From: Candidatus Hydrogenedentota bacterium
GTDB taxonomy: Bacteria; Hydrogenedentota; Hydrogenedentia; Hydrogenedentales; SLHB01
Direction of reading: 5' to 3'
Assembly: GCA_963745075.1 (NCBI GenBank)
Contig: CAVUWV010000013.1
Location: 64,001-128,000, forward strand
DNA: 64,000 bases
Both the position numbers and the translations under genes were made by a program. Positions 61,684 to 64,000 of the stretch are shown here, piece after piece; within the stretch, counting starts at the first letter, position 1; each line of letters opens with the position of its first letter. Below the pieces are notes generated by a model, which was given only the letters and a program-made list of their open reading frames with translations, did no database searches and was not told the DNA's origin.

Positions 61684-62580
61684 ATGCGGAAGCGTTTGTT
61701 GGTCACCGGCGGGAGCGGTTTTGTCGCCGGCAGCGTCATCGTCGCGGCGGCCCGCGAATGGGAAGTGCACCCGATTTCGCGCTCGGAAGGCCCGGGCAAT
61801 CTCGACCATGTCGTGTGGCACCAGTGCATAGACATGGACGAAGACGGGTTGCACCACCTCTTTCATGAAAATGAGCCTGCCGCCGTCATCCACACCGCCG
61901 CGCTGGCGGACATCGATTTCTGCGAGGCGAATCAGGATCTCGCCAAACACGTGAACACGGAACTTTCCCGGAGTGTAGCCGAACTCTGCGAAGACCACGG
62001 CATCCGTTTAGTCCACGTATCCACGGACACGGTGTTCGACGGCAAACGGGGGCTCTACACCGAAGAAGACCCGCCCAACCCGATTAACTTCTACGGCCAG
62101 ACCAAAGCCATGGCCGAAAAGGCCGTGGCGGAAGTGGGAGGGAAGTACGCGATCGCCCGCGTTTCCCTGGTCATGGGGTTGCCCGTCATCGGCGCCGGGA
62201 ATTCGTTTTTGTCACGGATGATGTCCGCCCTGGACGAGCGGAAGGATGTTACCGCGCCGAGCAACGAGATTCGCTCTCCGGTCGACGTGATCACGCTCGG
62301 TCGCGCCTTGGTCGAATTGGCGGGGAACGACGTGCGTGGATTCATTCACTTGAGCGGCAACGACTTGCTGAACCGCTATGACATGATGCAACGCATCGCG
62401 ACCCGCCTGGGACACTCCCCCGACCGGATTATCGCGAAGGACCCGAGCGGCATTCCGGGGCGCGCGCCCCGGCCCTTGGATGTGTCGCTCGACAATACAA
62501 AAGCCAGGGAAGTGCTGAAGACGCCCATGCTCGGGTTGGACGACGCCCTCGAACTGGTTTTGAACGAAAAGAAGGATTAA
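61684..62580 (+). CDS. RmlD-like (dTDP-4-dehydrorhamnose reductase family) SDR
   Basis: TGGSGFVAG, IHTAA, HVSTDTVFDG, YTEED.PNPINFYGQTK, RP.DVSLD. Confidence 0.85.
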   Translation: MRKRLLVTGGSGFVAGSVIVAAAREWEVHPISRSEGPGNLDHVVWHQCIDMDEDGLHHLFHENEPAAVIHTAALADIDFCEANQDLAKHVNTELSRSVAELCEDHGIRLVHVSTDTVFDGKRGLYTEEDPPNPINFYGQTKAMAEKAVAEVGGKYAIARVSLVMGLPVIGAGNSFLSRMMSALDERKDVTAPSNEIRSPVDVITLGRALVELAGNDVRGFIHLSGNDLLNRYDMMQRIATRLGHSPDRIIAKDPSGIPGRAPRPLDVSLDNTKAREVLKTPMLGLDDALELVLNEKKD

Positions 62581-62584
62581 CGAC

Positions 62585-63782
62585 ATGGCTCCCGAGATTC
62601 GTTTTGAGTTGGAAAACAAATTCGGTTCGCGCTACGGGGAGGAAGAGGAGCGAGCCATCATCGATGTGCTCCGCAAGAACGCGCCCACGAGCGGCGGCGC
62701 GTGTATTGCGTTCGAAGAAGCCTTCGCCGCCTATTGCGGAACGTCCCACGCGCGCGTCTGTTCCAACGGCACGGCGGCCCTGTTTCTATCCCTGGTCGGC
62801 TTGGGTGTCGGCCCAGGGGACCGCGTGCTCACCACGCCCATGACGTGGATCGCTACCGGCGCGGTCGGCGCCACGCTGGGTGCGGAGGTCGATTTCGTCG
62901 ATATCGATCCCGTGACCTACAATCTCGATGCCAACCAGTTGAAGGACAAGTTGACGCCGAACACGAAGGCGGTCCTCCCCGTACACCTCTACGGCCAGTG
63001 CTGCGACATGGACGCCATTAACGCCTTGGCGACGGAACACGGCTTTGCCGTCGTGGAAGACGCCGCCCACGCCCTCGGGGCCGAGTACAACGGGCAAGAA
63101 GGCCGGCAGCATGGGCGCGACGGGCTGCTTCAGCTTCCACGAACAGAAAAACATGTCCACCCTCGGCGAAGGCGGCATCATCACCACCAACGATCCCGAT
63201 CTCTTCGAGCGCATCGCCCTGTACCGCTCCCACTGCACGCGTGTTTACGGCAAGAGCACGAAGTACTGCCAACTCGACGAAGAGCAATTCCCCATGGGCA
63301 AGCGGTTCTGGTGGCAGGATTTCGAGGATTGCGGCTACAACTTCCGCATGACGGACATCCAGGCCGCGGTCGGCCTCATCCAGTTGCGCAAGCTCGACGA
63401 ACTGAACCAACGCCGGATCGAAGTCGCCGGGTACCTCAACGAAGGACTGCGCGACGTCCCCGGCTTGACGCTGCCGACCGTCCTCGAAGGACGCAAGCAC
63501 GTCTTCCACCTGTATCCCCTGCAGATCGATCCCAAGGTCTACGGCCTGACCAAGGAAGACTTCGTCTACCGCATGCTCCACGAACGCGGCATCAAAGTCG
63601 GCACCCACTACATCCCGCTCCACTGGAGCACCGCCTTCCAGAAGCGCGGCTTCAAACGCGGCCAGTTCCCCGTCGCCGAAGACGTCTTCGAACGCCTCGT
63701 CACCCTGCCCAGCCACCCCCGCCTCACGAATGAAGGGCTGGACTACATGATCGACAGCATCAAGGCGCTAGCGGCGAAGTAG
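62585..63782 (+). CDS. DegT/DnrJ/EryC1/StrS PLP aminotransferase, frameshift at ~63093
   Basis: SNGTAAL, PVHLYG, EDAAHALG, FSFHEQKNMSTLGEGG (PLP Lys), GYNFRM. One extra G in aacgggcaag splits YNGKKAG. Confidence 0.9.
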
Positions 63783-64000
63783 ATATTGGCTCGAGTCTTC
63801 GGACAAAGCGACCGACTACGAAGGACAACAAGGACATCAATGGCTCCAGTGACTTTTCTTTCGCGGACGGCGCGAGGGCCAACTCACTCCAGCCTTTCTA
63901 CTCTCCCCCGCGAATCCACTCCTCATTGAACCACACGTGCTTGATTGTCGACCCCGGCACGTCTTTGCGCGTGTAGGAATACGTGCAATGAAGCATCCCG

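Noticed and set aside
50729..63782. Programmed frameshifting or true pseudogenes in PMM/PGM, GH51 and the DegT aminotransferase
   Set aside because: Each is a single-base indel in an otherwise intact conserved gene, mostly in short homopolymers, with no slippery heptamer or stimulatory structure seen. Assembly error is the simplest explanation.

Overview
Bacterial chromosomal window from a GC-rich genome. The two DUF1559/prepilin-type proteins carry an '[14 protein letters not shown]...H-X9-DG' tail, which suggests Candidatus Hydrogenedentes (inference). The main finding is at 1-4418, a co-directional operon that looks more AT-rich than the rest and resembles a membrane-associated bacterial ubiquitin-type conjugation locus. 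It encodes an FHA protein, three membrane proteins with prokaryotic RING fingers (one fused through three TM helices to a trypsin-like protease), a canonical HPN...C E2/UBC enzyme fused to a RING-like/Cys-rich tail, and a DUF2752 membrane protein. The operon is cut by the left edge, so any E1, Ubl or JAB genes would lie upstream. Single-base indels, mostly in homopolymers, split these RING domains across frames, so the ORF track hides them. Positions ~7-27 kb are accessory: two regulator-linked DUF1559 modules, an IS630, an orphan BrnA antitoxin, glycoside hydrolases, sulfatase-like proteins and a G1P-dehydrogenase-like gene. They are followed by tRNA-Asp and an unannotated 40-aa amphipathic peptide gene with its own operator array and terminator. 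Positions ~28-44 kb are mostly core genes (acyP, GH4, pyrE/F/D, GGDEF, L,D-transpeptidase, Ser/Thr kinase, MoxR, rplM-rpsI). At 46-50 kb, a cassette-like array of secreted-protein genes is separated by long palindromic repeats, two with an adjacent promoter, and includes a Y1/RAYT-like transposase remnant. The window ends with PMM/PGM, GH51, a PAS histidine kinase, GH127, cytochrome c, DUF2851, an RmlD-like reductase and a DegT aminotransferase. Frameshifts in otherwise intact genes suggest long-read assembly errors.
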